Assembly (NCBI GenBank): GCA_965204565.1
Contig: CBDBEU010000005.1
Coordinates: forward strand, 442,200 to 506,199
Origin: Hyphomicrobiales bacterium
GTDB lineage: Bacteria > Pseudomonadota > Alphaproteobacteria > Rhizobiales > TMED25
Direction: 5' to 3'
Length of the DNA stretch: 64,000 nucleotides
A program made the translations under genes and the position numbers. The notes under the pieces were generated by a model. The model was not told where the DNA came from and searched no databases. It saw nothing but the letters and a program-made list of their open reading frames with translations. Below, piece by piece: positions 48,139 to 58,238 of this stretch. Positions within the stretch are counted from its first letter, which is position 1, and each line of letters opens with the position of its first letter.

Positions 48139-50115
48139 CTAGCCGCTGGTCTCGGCAAGTTTCGATCGCCGCGACCGCTGCACGACAAAAGCGATCACTA
48201 AAAGCACCGCGCCGGCGGCGTGCAGCTCACTCATCGGCCAGAACAGGCCGAGGGCAGCACAAAGCAGCAGCACGCGTTCGAAATGATTGACCAGCACGAT
48301 CAGATAGCCGACCAGAACCGCGCCCAGCGCGACAAATCCGAACAATGCGGCGATGAAGGTCTCAGCCACCTCCAGCGGCTGGTCGAGTGCCAGAAGGGGC
48401 GTGTAGGCAAACATCAGCGGGATCACATACATGCCCTTGGCGTAGCGGAATGCGGCCCAGGCAGCCTTGGCCGGATTGGCATTGGCGATACCGGCGGCGG
48501 TATAGGCCGGAACGCACACCGGTGGCGTGAAGTTCGAATCGAGGCTGTACCAAAAAACGATGAGATGGGCGGCCAGCACGGTCAGCCCCATGGGCTCGCC
48601 GAGATTGAGCAAGGCCGGAACTGCCATGACCGAGAGCACGATATAGGCGGCCGTTGTCGGCAGGCCCATGCCGAGCACGAAGGAGGCGATGCCGACCAGC
48701 AAAATGCCGAGGAACAGATTTCCCTGGCTCAGCGAAACGACGATCGAGGAGAACTTGATACCAAGGCCGGTTTGAAACAGCGCGCCGATAATCAGACCGA
48801 CCGCCGCCACGGCGGCGCAGATCGGCAGCGACTGGCGCGCACCGCGGTCAAGCGCGCCGATGACATTGGCAAGACCGCGCCGAATGGTTGCCACGACATC
48901 GTCCAGTTGCAGCCCGTCACTCATGGCTCTTGCCGCAAGATTCCATGCGCCCATGATGGCGGCCAGCACGACGATACTGGCGATGCCGGCAAGCCCCGCA
49001 AGTGGAACGCTCCAGCGGTCCATGATCATGAAGAAGATGAGCGCCGGCGGGATCAGAAAGATGCCGCCTTCCTTCATGATCGGCCAGACCCTTGGCACCA
49101 GATCGCGCGACAGGCCCTCAAGGCCGTTCTTGCAGGCCTCGAAATGCACCATGGTGAGCACCGCCAGGAAATAAAGGGCGGCCGGCAGCAGCGAGACCTT
49201 GACGATCTCCCAATAGGAAATGCCGGTGAATTCGACAATCAGAAAGGCGGCAGCACCCATCACCGGCGGCATGATCTGACCGCCGGTGGAGGCGGCGGTC
49301 TCAACACCGGCGGCGATTTCGGGTTTGAAGCCGGCGCGCTTCATCATCGGGATAGTGAAGGAACCGGTGGTTACCACATTGGCATTAGCGCTGCCGGTAA
49401 TCGAACCGGTGAGCCCGCTTGCGAAGATTGCCGCCTTGGCAGGCCCGCCGCGGCTTCTGCCGGTGAGCGCAAAGGCAAGGCGCACATAGATTTCCGCCGC
49501 TCCCATGCGTTCAAGAAATGCGCCGAACAGAATGAACAGGAAGATATAGACCGAGAATGTATTGAGCGGCGTCGACCACAGACCCTCATTGGTCGTGTAT
49601 TGAAGTTCGATCATGTGCACATAGGAGGCGCCCTTGTGGGCAAACTCCCACGGGAAATAAGGCCCGAACAGGGTGTAGACGAGAAATGTGAGGGCGATGA
49701 TCGGCAGCGCGTTGTTGATGGTGCGCCGCGTGATCTCTAAGGTCAGGACGATAATCGCGGTGCCGGCGAGCACGTCAATCAACGGCAGTGGCTTGATGTA
49801 TTTCAGCCGGCGAACAAAATCCCAGGAACTGTCAACCGTGTAGGCGAGTAGCGCGAAGGCGACAATCGCAAGCAGATAACTCATCCGCCGCTGCCACGGC
49901 GTCTTGCCCGGATAGACCAAGAAGATCAGCGTGATGCCGAACAGAAAGGACAGCGACCGCTGATAAAGCGCCTCATAACCGCCGGTCCAGGCAATCATCA
50001 GATGATAACCCGACATGGCGATTGCCATGCCGGAAATGAGATATCCCAGCCAGACGTTTTTACCCGCCTGGCCATGATTGCCTTCAACGACCGCTGCTGC
50101 CGGCCGCTCGCTCAC
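48139..50115 (-). CDS. TRAP transporter fused 4TM/12TM permease (TAXI type)
   Basis: 658-aa highly hydrophobic ORF adjacent to a TAXI-type receptor gene. Confidence 0.87.
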   Translation of the reverse strand: MSERPAAAVVEGNHGQAGKNVWLGYLISGMAIAMSGYHLMIAWTGGYEALYQRSLSFLFGITLIFLVYPGKTPWQRRMSYLLAIVAFALLAYTVDSSWDFVRRLKYIKPLPLIDVLAGTAIIVLTLEITRRTINNALPIIALTFLVYTLFGPYFPWEFAHKGASYVHMIELQYTTNEGLWSTPLNTFSVYIFLFILFGAFLERMGAAEIYVRLAFALTGRSRGGPAKAAIFASGLTGSITGSANANVVTTGSFTIPMMKRAGFKPEIAAGVETAASTGGQIMPPVMGAAAFLIVEFTGISYWEIVKVSLLPAALYFLAVLTMVHFEACKNGLEGLSRDLVPRVWPIMKEGGIFLIPPALIFFMIMDRWSVPLAGLAGIASIVVLAAIMGAWNLAARAMSDGLQLDDVVATIRRGLANVIGALDRGARQSLPICAAVAAVGLIIGALFQTGLGIKFSSIVVSLSQGNLFLGILLVGIASFVLGMGLPTTAAYIVLSVMAVPALLNLGEPMGLTVLAAHLIVFWYSLDSNFTPPVCVPAYTAAGIANANPAKAAWAAFRYAKGMYVIPLMFAYTPLLALDQPLEVAETFIAALFGFVALGAVLVGYLIVLVNHFERVLLLCAALGLFWPMSELHAAGAVLLVIAFVVQRSRRSKLAETSG

Positions 50116-50144
50116 TCTTGGTGCCCCCCCCCTCCGTTGCGGGT

Positions 50145-51119
50145 TTATTTCAGAGCACCGACCTCGCGATAGAACTTCTCGGCGCCCGGATGCAGCGGCA
50201 CGTCATAGGCAAAGGCGCCGAACTCAGGCGTCCAGGCCTTGAAGATCTTGTGCACATTGCCGAGCTCGCCAATGTTTTCATGGGTGACCTTCAAAAGCGA
50301 ATAGACCACGTCTGCATCGAGATCCTTGTGCGCCATCAATACGCCCTTGGCGCCCATGGAGGAGTGATCGTCATCGACATTCTCGTATACGCCGCCCGGA
50401 ATGGCGCATTCGGAAAATCCGCGTTCGGCGAGTATCGCTTTCAGATTGTCCGACAGCCCCATGAAGGTTATTTCGCGGCCGATCGACGCCTGGACGCCGG
50501 CGGCATTCGGGTCGCCGGAATTGTGGAAATACATATCCACCTGACCGGAGGTGAGCTGTTCTGACGTGGCGCTCATGCCGGTATAGGTTAACTTGTAGCC
50601 GCGGCCATCAAGCTCCTCGAAGCTGGTGCCGAGATGTTCAAGCACCATGCGATTGATTGCATCGGTGCTGGTGCCGGCAGGCCCGGCGCCCATCGCAAGC
50701 GGCTCCTTGGAAGCAATGGCGTCTTCCCAGGTCTTGATGCCTGAATCATAAAGATCGCGAGCGATATATTGATGATAGCACGAGCCCCAAAACGCGGCGA
50801 CGTGGCGCAGGTCCTTGTATTCCTCATCAAATGGCGCGGTGCCGTTATAGGCGGCGGTGGCGAAGTTCGAGAACGAGAAGCCGACCTCGCTTTGGCCTGC
50901 ACCGACGCTTGCCGGATTGGCGGCGCCGCCGCCCGGAACAGTGCTGAATTTGGCAACGTCCTGGTTCTTGTTGAACACTTCGGTCAGGCCGGCACCGAGG
51001 CGAAACATGGTGCCGCCCGGGCTCGAGACAACGAAGCTGTACTGGTCGGCAGCGAGCGTTGAAATACTGCTCAGGCACAGGGCACCGATTCCCACCAGTG
51101 CGACAAATCCATTACGCAT
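50145..51119 (-). CDS. TAXI-family TRAP transporter solute receptor
   Basis: ATG 51119 follows GGGAGG. Signal peptide 'MRNGFVALVGIGALCLSSISTLAA'. TAXI-like body ('GGTMFRLGAGL', 'HPGAEKFYRE'). Confidence 0.87.
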   Translation of the reverse strand: MRNGFVALVGIGALCLSSISTLAADQYSFVVSSPGGTMFRLGAGLTEVFNKNQDVAKFSTVPGGGAANPASVGAGQSEVGFSFSNFATAAYNGTAPFDEEYKDLRHVAAFWGSCYHQYIARDLYDSGIKTWEDAIASKEPLAMGAGPAGTSTDAINRMVLEHLGTSFEELDGRGYKLTYTGMSATSEQLTSGQVDMYFHNSGDPNAAGVQASIGREITFMGLSDNLKAILAERGFSECAIPGGVYENVDDDHSSMGAKGVLMAHKDLDADVVYSLLKVTHENIGELGNVHKIFKAWTPEFGAFAYDVPLHPGAEKFYREVGALK

Positions 51120-51209
51120 TTGAAGTCCTCCCTTTTGCTCCAGCGTGCTCTGCAACTGGCCGGTTCGGGCACAGTTTTTGATGGCCGCCAGAATTTCCTG
51201 AATAGACCC

Positions 51210-52564
51210 GACATTCCCCGATTAGAACGCCATTTCGATCATGCTGCCGCTGTTTTGCGTACGGATCAAGCCTCCTGGGCGGGCCGTGTCGTGGTTCGTG
51301 AACCGGGCGCGATTTATGGCTGCTGCAACGGGCTTGAACCGGAAGTCGGTCTGACCGGCACCCGTCGGGTCAGACCCGTCGAGCCGCTTTCCCCCGGGTT
51401 TGATCGCCGACACCGTCATGCAGGTAGCGGTGGCGCACGGAGCCGTTGGATGGCCGCAGGGATGCGGGTGAACAGAGCACCGCCGACAACCGCCTCGGCC
51501 GGTTGGAACGTGATGGCTCGGGCGTGGCGGACGACCCGCCATGATTTGTCCCGTGACGCGGCCTGATACTCGGAGTCGCCGCAGATGCGCCGCACATGGG
51601 TCGGCAGGCGACCCGCGGGGCGCTTGAGCACAGGCGCAACCCTGCTTTCCGAAACAGCGGTCTTCCCAGGCCGGACGGCGCAGGAACAGCCTTCCGCCTC
51701 CGGCGTCTTGTAGAGCTCCGGGACGGCAAAAGCGGCATCGGCCCGGAAGAACCGCATCAGCTCACGATCCGCATATCGCGCCAACACCGGCTTGAGCACA
51801 TTTTCCCGGCCATCGGCGCTGTGAACATTGCCGGGGCGCAATGAACGGCGTTCGAAGCAGCCAAACCGGTTAAGGACGAACAAAAGGGTGATGGCACATG
51901 CAGCCGAAATGCCCGTTCCAAGCGGTGCCTTCCTGCGCGCCGTGGGTCTGCGCGTCATGGGGCGGGCCGACCGAACCGTCCATGTCCGGTGTGATCCATT
52001 CGGGCGCCGTCGCGGCGTGAGCCCGATCAATCCCCCGATCAATCCATTGACCGGATACGTCCGCCGGCGCACCGCGATTGTCGGCGGCCTCCGACACCCC
52101 GGTCTCGAACCGCCCCATCCGGCCGGCAGACTCAGCCTCGGCATCAACGCCACGCCCTCCGACCACCTGCCGCATCAACGGATCGAGCGCCGGACGGTCC
52201 GCGTCGTTCACATCATCATATCCGGCCAATCGCCCGAAGACCGGCTGGCGCAAAAGCCCGACCACGGAATGCAGGCGGTTCGCGGATCTCCGATAGGACC
52301 GCCGGCAATATCGTGCAATCCCGGGGTCTCGTCCAACTCCCGGATCGGCAACGGGCCACCGTCGGAACCGATCTTCGAGCCATGGAATTCCAGCCGCACC
52401 CGCCAGCCACCCCCGACTGTCGAAACCGAGCCTGATATCACCCGTTTCGCCTGCACCCTGCGGGTGATCCGTGATCCGCCCCCTACAGCCCACACAACAT
52501 GTTGAAATATAACATGTTACCGGCTGTCGGAGGCGCGAAAACGTCACGGTACTTGGGGAACGTG
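51210..52564 (-). mobile_element. IS1380-family element copy D (both ends present, internal deletion)
   Basis: IRR GACATTCCCCGATTAGAACGCC at 51210. The IRL (reverse complement CACGTTCCCCAAGTACCGTGACG) ends at 52564. The deletion junction near 51539 joins 'SRDKSWRVV' directly to 'RHARAITFQPAE'. Confidence 0.88.
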
Positions 52565-52574
52565 GGCTTGGTGG

Positions 52575-52870
52575 AGTCAACTTTGAGCTCCAAGCTGGCG
52601 ACCGTCTTGGCCTCATCGGACCAAATGGCGCTGGCAAAACGACACTCCTCAAGGTAGTCTATGGTATCTATCCGCCCAACCAGCGGAACCGTTACAGTCG
52701 ATGGACGCTCTTTATCAACATTAGACTTGGTTTTCGCAAAGAAGCCACGGGATCCGAATACCCCATACCGTGCAGGCAGAAATCTGCCCCGACGCCGGCA
52801 CGGGTACAACAGCAAAATGGCGGCGGTGGACATCCTGTGGATGGGCAGGCAGCCTGGGTCGGGATAAAGG
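52575..52870 (+). pseudogene. N-terminal fragment of a polysaccharide-export type ABC ATPase (Wzt/KpsT/TagH-like), frameshifted
   Basis: 'LELQAGDRLGLIGPNGAGKTTLLKVVYGIYPP' then 'TSGTVTVDGRSLSTL' in another frame. The fragment begins at the IS copy D boundary. Confidence 0.55.
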
Positions 52871-52886
52871 GTGCCCGCCCCAACGC

Positions 52887-53236
52887 TCAAACGGGCCTCC
52901 GCATTTGCTGGCGCAGATTGGAGGTATGGGTGCGGACTTCAGCCGGCCAGCGGCCGGCCTCGACGGCATCAGCCCATTCGCGGCTGAGCAGCACGTCGGG
53001 GCTTTCGATTTCGTAGATCGCCGCATAACGCGGATCGCCCTTGCCTTCCACGCGGCGCTCCTTGCCGCCCATGCACATGGTGAAAGGCTCGGCCCTGAAA
53101 CGGGTGACAGAGACCACGCCCGGCACCTGCAGAGGGCTGGCACGTGCTCGGTATCGTAGACCTCGTTGAACAGCGTTTCGGCCTCGGGCGCCACATCCAT
53201 GCTGGCGATGAACAGGTAATTGGTGGTGATCGGCAT
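52887..53236 (-). pseudogene. Small alpha/beta-barrel (EthD/DUF4286-like) protein gene with one frameshift
   Basis: 'MPITTNYLFIASMDVAPEAETLFNEVYDTEHVPAL' (ORF 52721-53236) continues in another frame as 'VPGVVSVTRFRAEPF...GDPRYAAIYEIESPDVLLSREWADAVEAGRWPAEVR' (ORF 52887-53342). The family assignment is uncertain. Confidence 0.55.
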
Positions 53237-53411
53237 GGTGCTGCCCTGCCCTGTTCAATCGCGCCTTGCCCTCTGCAAGCCGAGAAGCTGCGCGGGCCCA
53301 CAGGGCCTTTCGCCGCAGACGATATCGGCTTTTCCGCCGCAATGGCTTTTATCGAGATAGAATCGATAATGGCTTGACCGCCAGCCGCGGGGCCCTCACA
53401 TAGCGCGGCGT

Positions 53412-53487
53412 GCCGGCTTAGCTCAGTTGGTAGAGCGGCTGATTTGTAATCAGTAGGTCGGGGGTTCGAAACCTCCAGCCGGCACCA
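53412..53487 (+). tRNA. tRNA-Thr (anticodon TGT)
   Basis: GCCGGCTTAGCTCAGTTGGTAGAGCGGCTGATTTGTAATCAGTAGGTCGGGGGTTCGAAACCTCCAGCCGGCACCA folds as a cloverleaf. The anticodon loop is TTTGTAA. Confidence 0.93.
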
Positions 53488-53499
53488 ATACATTCACCT

Positions 53500-54921
53500 C
53501 ACATTCCCAAGTACCGTGACGTTTTCGCGCCTCCGACAGCCGGTAACATGTTATATTTCAGCATGTTGTGTGGGCTGTAGGGTGCGGATCACCCGCAGGG
53601 TGCAGGCGAAACGGGTGATATCAGGCTCGGTTTCGACAGTCGGGGGCGGCTGGCGCTCGATCCGTTGATGCGGCAGGTGGTCGGAGGGCGTGGCGTTGAT
53701 GCCGAGGCTGAGTCTGCCGGCCGGATGGGGCGGTTCGAGACCGGGGTGTCGGAGGCCGCCGACAATCGCGGTGCGCCGGCGGACGTATCCGGTCAATGGA
53801 TTGATCGGGGGATTGATCGGGCTCACGCCGCGACGGCGCCCGAATGGATCACACCGGACATGGACGGTTCGGTCGGCCCGCCCCATGACGCGCAGACCCA
53901 CGGCGCGCAGGAAGGCACCGCTTGGAACGGGCATTTCGGCTGCATGTGCCATCACCCTTTTGTTCGTCCTTAACCGGTTTGGCTGCTTCGAACGCCGTTC
54001 ATTGCGCCCCGGCAATGTTCACAGCGCCGATGGCCGGGAAAATGTGCTCAAGCCGGTGTTGGCGCGATATGCGGATCGTGAGCTGATGCGGTTCTTCCGG
54101 GCCGATGCCGCTTTTGCCGTCCCGGAGCTCTACAAGACGCCGGAGGCGGAAGGCTGTTCCTGCGCCGTCCGGCCTGGGAAGACCGCTGTTTCGGAAAGCA
54201 GGGTTGCGCCTGTGCTCAAGCGCCCCGCGGGTCGCCTGCCGACCCATGTGCGGCGCATCTGCGGCGACTCCGAGTATCAGGCCGCGTCACGGGACAAATC
54301 ATGGCGGGTCGTCACCAACCCGCCGATGGAGCCGGCCCGGATCATTCGGTTCTACAATCAGCGCGGCACCGCCGAACAGCATGTCGAGGAAGGCAGGCAG
54401 GCGATCAATCGGACGCGTCTTTCCTGCAAGGGCATGGCGCGGAACGAGGTGCGGCTTCAACTTCATGCATCGGCCTGCAATCCCGGTGTCTTCCTGCAGG
54501 GCATCGACCTGCCGGAGGAGACGGCCGACCGGTCGCCGACCGGCCTGCGGACCCGCCTCATCAGGATCGGAGTGCGGATCGTCCGCCACGCCCGAGCCGT
54601 CACGTTCCAACCGGCCGAGGCGGCTGTCGGCGGCGCTCTGTTCACCCGCATCCCTGCGGCCATCCAACGGCTCCGTGCGTCAGCGGTACCGTACCGGCCA
54701 GCGCTACCGACATGACGGTGTCGGCGATCAAACCCTGGCGCAAGCGGCTCGACGGGTCTGACCCGACGGGTGCCGGTCAGACCGACTTCCGGTTCAAGCC
54801 CGTTGCAGCAGCCATAAATCGCGCCCGGTTCACGAACCACGACACGGCCCGCCCAAGAGGCTTGATCCGTACGCAAAACAGCGTCAGCATGATCGAAATG
54901 GCGTTCTAATTGGGGAACGCC
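53500..54921 (+). mobile_element. IS1380-family element copy E (both ends present, internal deletions)
   Basis: IRL CACATTCCCAAGTACCGTGACG at 53500, 12 bp after tRNA-Thr. The IRR-type end ...CTAATTGGGGAACGCC ends at 54921. A deletion near 53655 removes the 'LEFHGSKIGSDGG...' N-terminal block. Long stretches are identical to copy D. Confidence 0.88.
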
Positions 54922-55018
54922 GGAGCATGCCGGATCCTTGTGAGGCAAGGCTGGTGGCGCCCGTTTTGCCTAGCCGAGACGCTGACGCGTACCGTAACAT
55001 TCATCCCATCGAGGCTGC

Positions 55019-55756
55019 GTGGCAGAAATGAAGCAGACCCGCTCGCTCCTGTTCTCGCTCGCACTGATTGTCACAACGGCCGTTTTTTGTCTGATCGGCC
55101 TGCCCTTCCTAGTGCTGCCGCGCCGCTTGGGCCGGCCGCTGCAGAAATCATGGACCGTGACAATCTCGCATCTGGCACGGCTGATATGCGGTATCGACTA
55201 TGAAGTGCGCGGGGCAGAACACATTCCGCACGAGGCCGCGATTGTCGCGTCCAAGCACCAGTCGGCCTGGGAAACGCTCAGTTTCGTCCACATTCTGCCC
55301 GATCCGTCATTCGTGCTTAAAAAGGAACTCACGCGCATTCCGCTGTTTGGCTGGTTCACCATCAAATTCGGAAATTTGCCGCTCGACCGCTCAGGCGGCG
55401 GCAAGGCTTTGCGTACGCTTCTGATTTCAGCGCGCGAAGTTGCGGCCGCACATCGCCAGATCGTGATCTTTCCGGAAGGGACCAGGCGCGCGCCCGGCGC
55501 CGCCCCGGACTATCACCGCGGCGTTATTGCACTTTATCGCGCGCTGGATCTGCCTTGCGTGCCGGTGGCGCTCAATTCAGGCCATTACTGGCCGGCCCAT
55601 GGCGGGCGGCACAGACCGGGCCGGATCGTGGTCGAATTCCTGCCCCCCATCCCGCCAGGACTTAGCAGTGATGCGTTTCTAGCCACACTGACCGAGCGTA
55701 TTGAGCCCGCCAGTGCACGGCTATTGGAGGCAGCAAAAGCCGAGACCGGCGGTTGA
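55019..55756 (+). CDS. plsC: 1-acyl-sn-glycerol-3-phosphate acyltransferase family protein
   Basis: 'SKHQSAWETL' (HX4D/E block) and 'VIFPEGTRR'. N-terminal TM segment. ATG 55028 is an alternative start. Confidence 0.83.
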   Translation: MAEMKQTRSLLFSLALIVTTAVFCLIGLPFLVLPRRLGRPLQKSWTVTISHLARLICGIDYEVRGAEHIPHEAAIVASKHQSAWETLSFVHILPDPSFVLKKELTRIPLFGWFTIKFGNLPLDRSGGGKALRTLLISAREVAAAHRQIVIFPEGTRRAPGAAPDYHRGVIALYRALDLPCVPVALNSGHYWPAHGGRHRPGRIVVEFLPPIPPGLSSDAFLATLTERIEPASARLLEAAKAETGG

Positions 55757-55844
55757 ACCAATGGTTAAAATATACTAGAACATAAAGAGAACAAAAAACC
55801 GGCGGCGACGCACGATTTGTTGACCGTCGCCGATCCATTCCATA

Positions 55845-58184
55845 ATGGTGCGCTTAATGTCTGATACCTCTTCGTTTGTGCAAATGAGCCCGATCGCAGA
55901 ACAGATCTGGGACATGAAGTACCGCCTGAAGGCGGATGACGGCGCACCGGTCGAGGCGCGTGTTGAAGAGACCTGGGCGCGCGTGGCACGGGCGGTGGCT
56001 GAAGCTGAAGCACCAGAGCAGCGTGCAGGCCGAGAGGCCGAATTCCACTCGATCCTCGATGATTTCCGGTTCCTGCCGGCAGGCCGAATTCTGGCTGGCG
56101 CCGGGGCGGAGCGTGCGGTGACGCTGTTCAATTGTTTCGTCATGGGGACAATCCCCGACAGTCTTTCCGGCATTTTCGAGCATCTGAAGCAAGCCGCCCT
56201 GACCATGCAGCAGGGTGGCGGCATCGGCTATGATTTCTCAACGCTGAGGCCCAAGGGCGCACCGGTGCGCGGGGTGGGCGCTGATGCCTCCGGTCCGCTC
56301 AGTTTCATGGATGTGTGGGACGCGATGTGCCGCACCGTCATGTCGGCAGGCGCGCGGCGCGGCGCGATGATGGCAACGCTGTCATGCTCGCATCCCGATA
56401 TCGAGCTGTTTATCGATTCCAAGCGGGAGGCAGGCCGGCTCACCAATTTCAATTTGTCGGTACTGGTGAGCGATGCCTTCATCAAGGCAGTGCGGAGCGG
56501 CGCCGACTGGGATCTCACCTTCAACGGTACGGTCTATCGCACCGTCAATGCACGGCATTTGTGGGACCGGATCATGCGCTCCACCTATGAGGCGGCCGAG
56601 CCCGGCGTGATCTTCATCGACCGCATTAACGAGATGAACAACCTCGCTTATTGCGAGACCATCAGCACCACAAATCCGTGCGGCGAGCAACCGCTGCCAC
56701 CTTATGGCGCGTGTTTGCTGGGTTCGGTCAATCTGGCGCGCTTTGTCGAAGATCCGTTCGACAAGGCTGCGCGGCTCAATGAACCCGCATTGGCCAACCA
56801 TGTATCGATCGCCATCCGCTTCATGGATGACGTGATCGATGTCTCCGACTATCCGCTGGCGGCGCAGGCTGAAGAGGCAAGGGCCAAACGGCGGATCGGG
56901 CTTGGTGTCACCGGACTTGCCGATGCGCTGGTGATGTGCGGCCTGCGCTACGGATCGCAACAGGCCGCCGACATGGCCGGGCGCTGGATGGCACTGATCG
57001 AAAAACAGGCCTATCTGGCTTCAGCCGCGCTGGCGGCGGAGAAAGGCCCCTTCCCGCTTTATGACCCAGAGCGCTACCTGCAAAGCGCCACCATCTCCAG
57101 GCTCGATGGTGGTGTGCGTGCGGCGATTGCCCGGAACGGCATGCGCAATGCCCTAGTCACTTCGATCGCGCCAACCGGCACGATTTCTTTGCTTGCCGGC
57201 AATGTGTCGTCCGGGATCGAGCCGATTTTCAACCTCGCCTACACGCGGCGCATTCTGCTACCCGATGGCGGGCACGAGGAAGAACAGGTCGCCGATTACG
57301 CTTATCAACTGTTTCGAGACAGATTCGGATCTGAGGCCAAATTGCCAAGTGCATTCGTTACCGCCCAGACGCTGCGCCCGAGCGAGCATCTGGTGATGCA
57401 GGCAGCGCTGCAGGCCCATGTCGATTCCTCGATCTCAAAGACCATCAATGTGCCGCGCGAGACCTCGTTCGACAATTTCAAGGATCTTTTTCTCACCGCC
57501 CACGATCTTGGCCTCAAGGGCTGCACCACCTACCGACCAAACGAGACCACGGGCGCGATTCTCAAGGTATCCGAGGACGCTGGCGGTGAGCCGGCCGCGA
57601 GCACCCAGTCAGCGCTGCCGCTGACAGCTCCAACACCGCCCGATGGGGACGCCATCCCAAGCGAGCGCGTGGTCTATCTTTCCCATCCGATCGAACGCGA
57701 CCGGGTGCTTCCGGGCTTTACCTACAAGCTCAAATGGCCGGATTCCGAACATGCGATCTACATCACCATCAATGACATTGTGATCGACGGACGGCGGCGG
57801 CCGTTCGAAATCTTCATCAACTCCAAAAACATGGAGCACTATGCTTGGACGGTGGCGCTGACGCGGATGATCTCGGCAGTGTTTCGGCGCGGCGGCGATG
57901 TGTCTTTCGTGGTCGAGGAGTTGCAAGCGGTATTCGATCCGCGCGGCGGTCAGTGGATGGCGGGGCGCTATGTGCCGAGCCTTTTGGCAGCAATCGGCGG
58001 CGTGATCGAGCGACACATGGTCGATTCGGGTTTTCTGGTGCCTGACGAGGGCAATGATACGTCGCAATCGGACATAATGGCTGAGCAAGACCTCAAATAC
58101 TGTCCGAAATGCGATCAGCCGGCGCTGATACATGCGGAAGGCTGTTACTCCTGCCTCACATGCGGTTATTCCAAATGCGGCTGA
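55845..58184 (+). CDS. nrdJ: Adenosylcobalamin-dependent (class II) ribonucleotide reductase
   Basis: 'TTNPCGEQPLPPYGACLLGSVNL', 'SIAPTGTISL', 'SKTINVP'. C-terminal Cys cluster 'CPKCDQ...CYSCLTCGYSKCG'. Confidence 0.9.
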   Translation: MVRLMSDTSSFVQMSPIAEQIWDMKYRLKADDGAPVEARVEETWARVARAVAEAEAPEQRAGREAEFHSILDDFRFLPAGRILAGAGAERAVTLFNCFVMGTIPDSLSGIFEHLKQAALTMQQGGGIGYDFSTLRPKGAPVRGVGADASGPLSFMDVWDAMCRTVMSAGARRGAMMATLSCSHPDIELFIDSKREAGRLTNFNLSVLVSDAFIKAVRSGADWDLTFNGTVYRTVNARHLWDRIMRSTYEAAEPGVIFIDRINEMNNLAYCETISTTNPCGEQPLPPYGACLLGSVNLARFVEDPFDKAARLNEPALANHVSIAIRFMDDVIDVSDYPLAAQAEEARAKRRIGLGVTGLADALVMCGLRYGSQQAADMAGRWMALIEKQAYLASAALAAEKGPFPLYDPERYLQSATISRLDGGVRAAIARNGMRNALVTSIAPTGTISLLAGNVSSGIEPIFNLAYTRRILLPDGGHEEEQVADYAYQLFRDRFGSEAKLPSAFVTAQTLRPSEHLVMQAALQAHVDSSISKTINVPRETSFDNFKDLFLTAHDLGLKGCTTYRPNETTGAILKVSEDAGGEPAASTQSALPLTAPTPPDGDAIPSERVVYLSHPIERDRVLPGFTYKLKWPDSEHAIYITINDIVIDGRRRPFEIFINSKNMEHYAWTVALTRMISAVFRRGGDVSFVVEELQAVFDPRGGQWMAGRYVPSLLAAIGGVIERHMVDSGFLVPDEGNDTSQSDIMAEQDLKYCPKCDQPALIHAEGCYSCLTCGYSKCG

Positions 58185-58238
58185 CGTTTGAGAGCGCCTG
58201 GTTTTGAAGCAAAATGCCGGTTTTTTGCCCTTTAAGCC

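Noticed and set aside
48220-49740. 506-aa plus-strand ORF, and similar ones at 16609-17838, 19418-20473 and 19239-20036
   Set aside because: All are antisense to clearly recognisable membrane-protein genes (TRAP permease, NicO, thiP). They have Arg/Gly/His-rich low-complexity translations and are GC-driven artefacts.
51210-54921. IS copies D and E plus interior as an active composite transposon
   Set aside because: Both transposase genes are deleted or frameshifted, and the cargo is two gene fragments plus a tRNA. I saw no flanking target duplication. It is better explained as two independent insertions with later rearrangement.
55757-55844. AT-rich patch (TTAAAATATACTAGAACATAAAGAGAACAAAAAACC) upstream of nrdJ as an NrdR box pair or cobalamin riboswitch
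   Set aside because: At 88 bp it is too short for a cobalamin riboswitch. I could not align it convincingly to the 16-bp NrdR palindrome or find a second box at the expected spacing. It may simply be the promoter.
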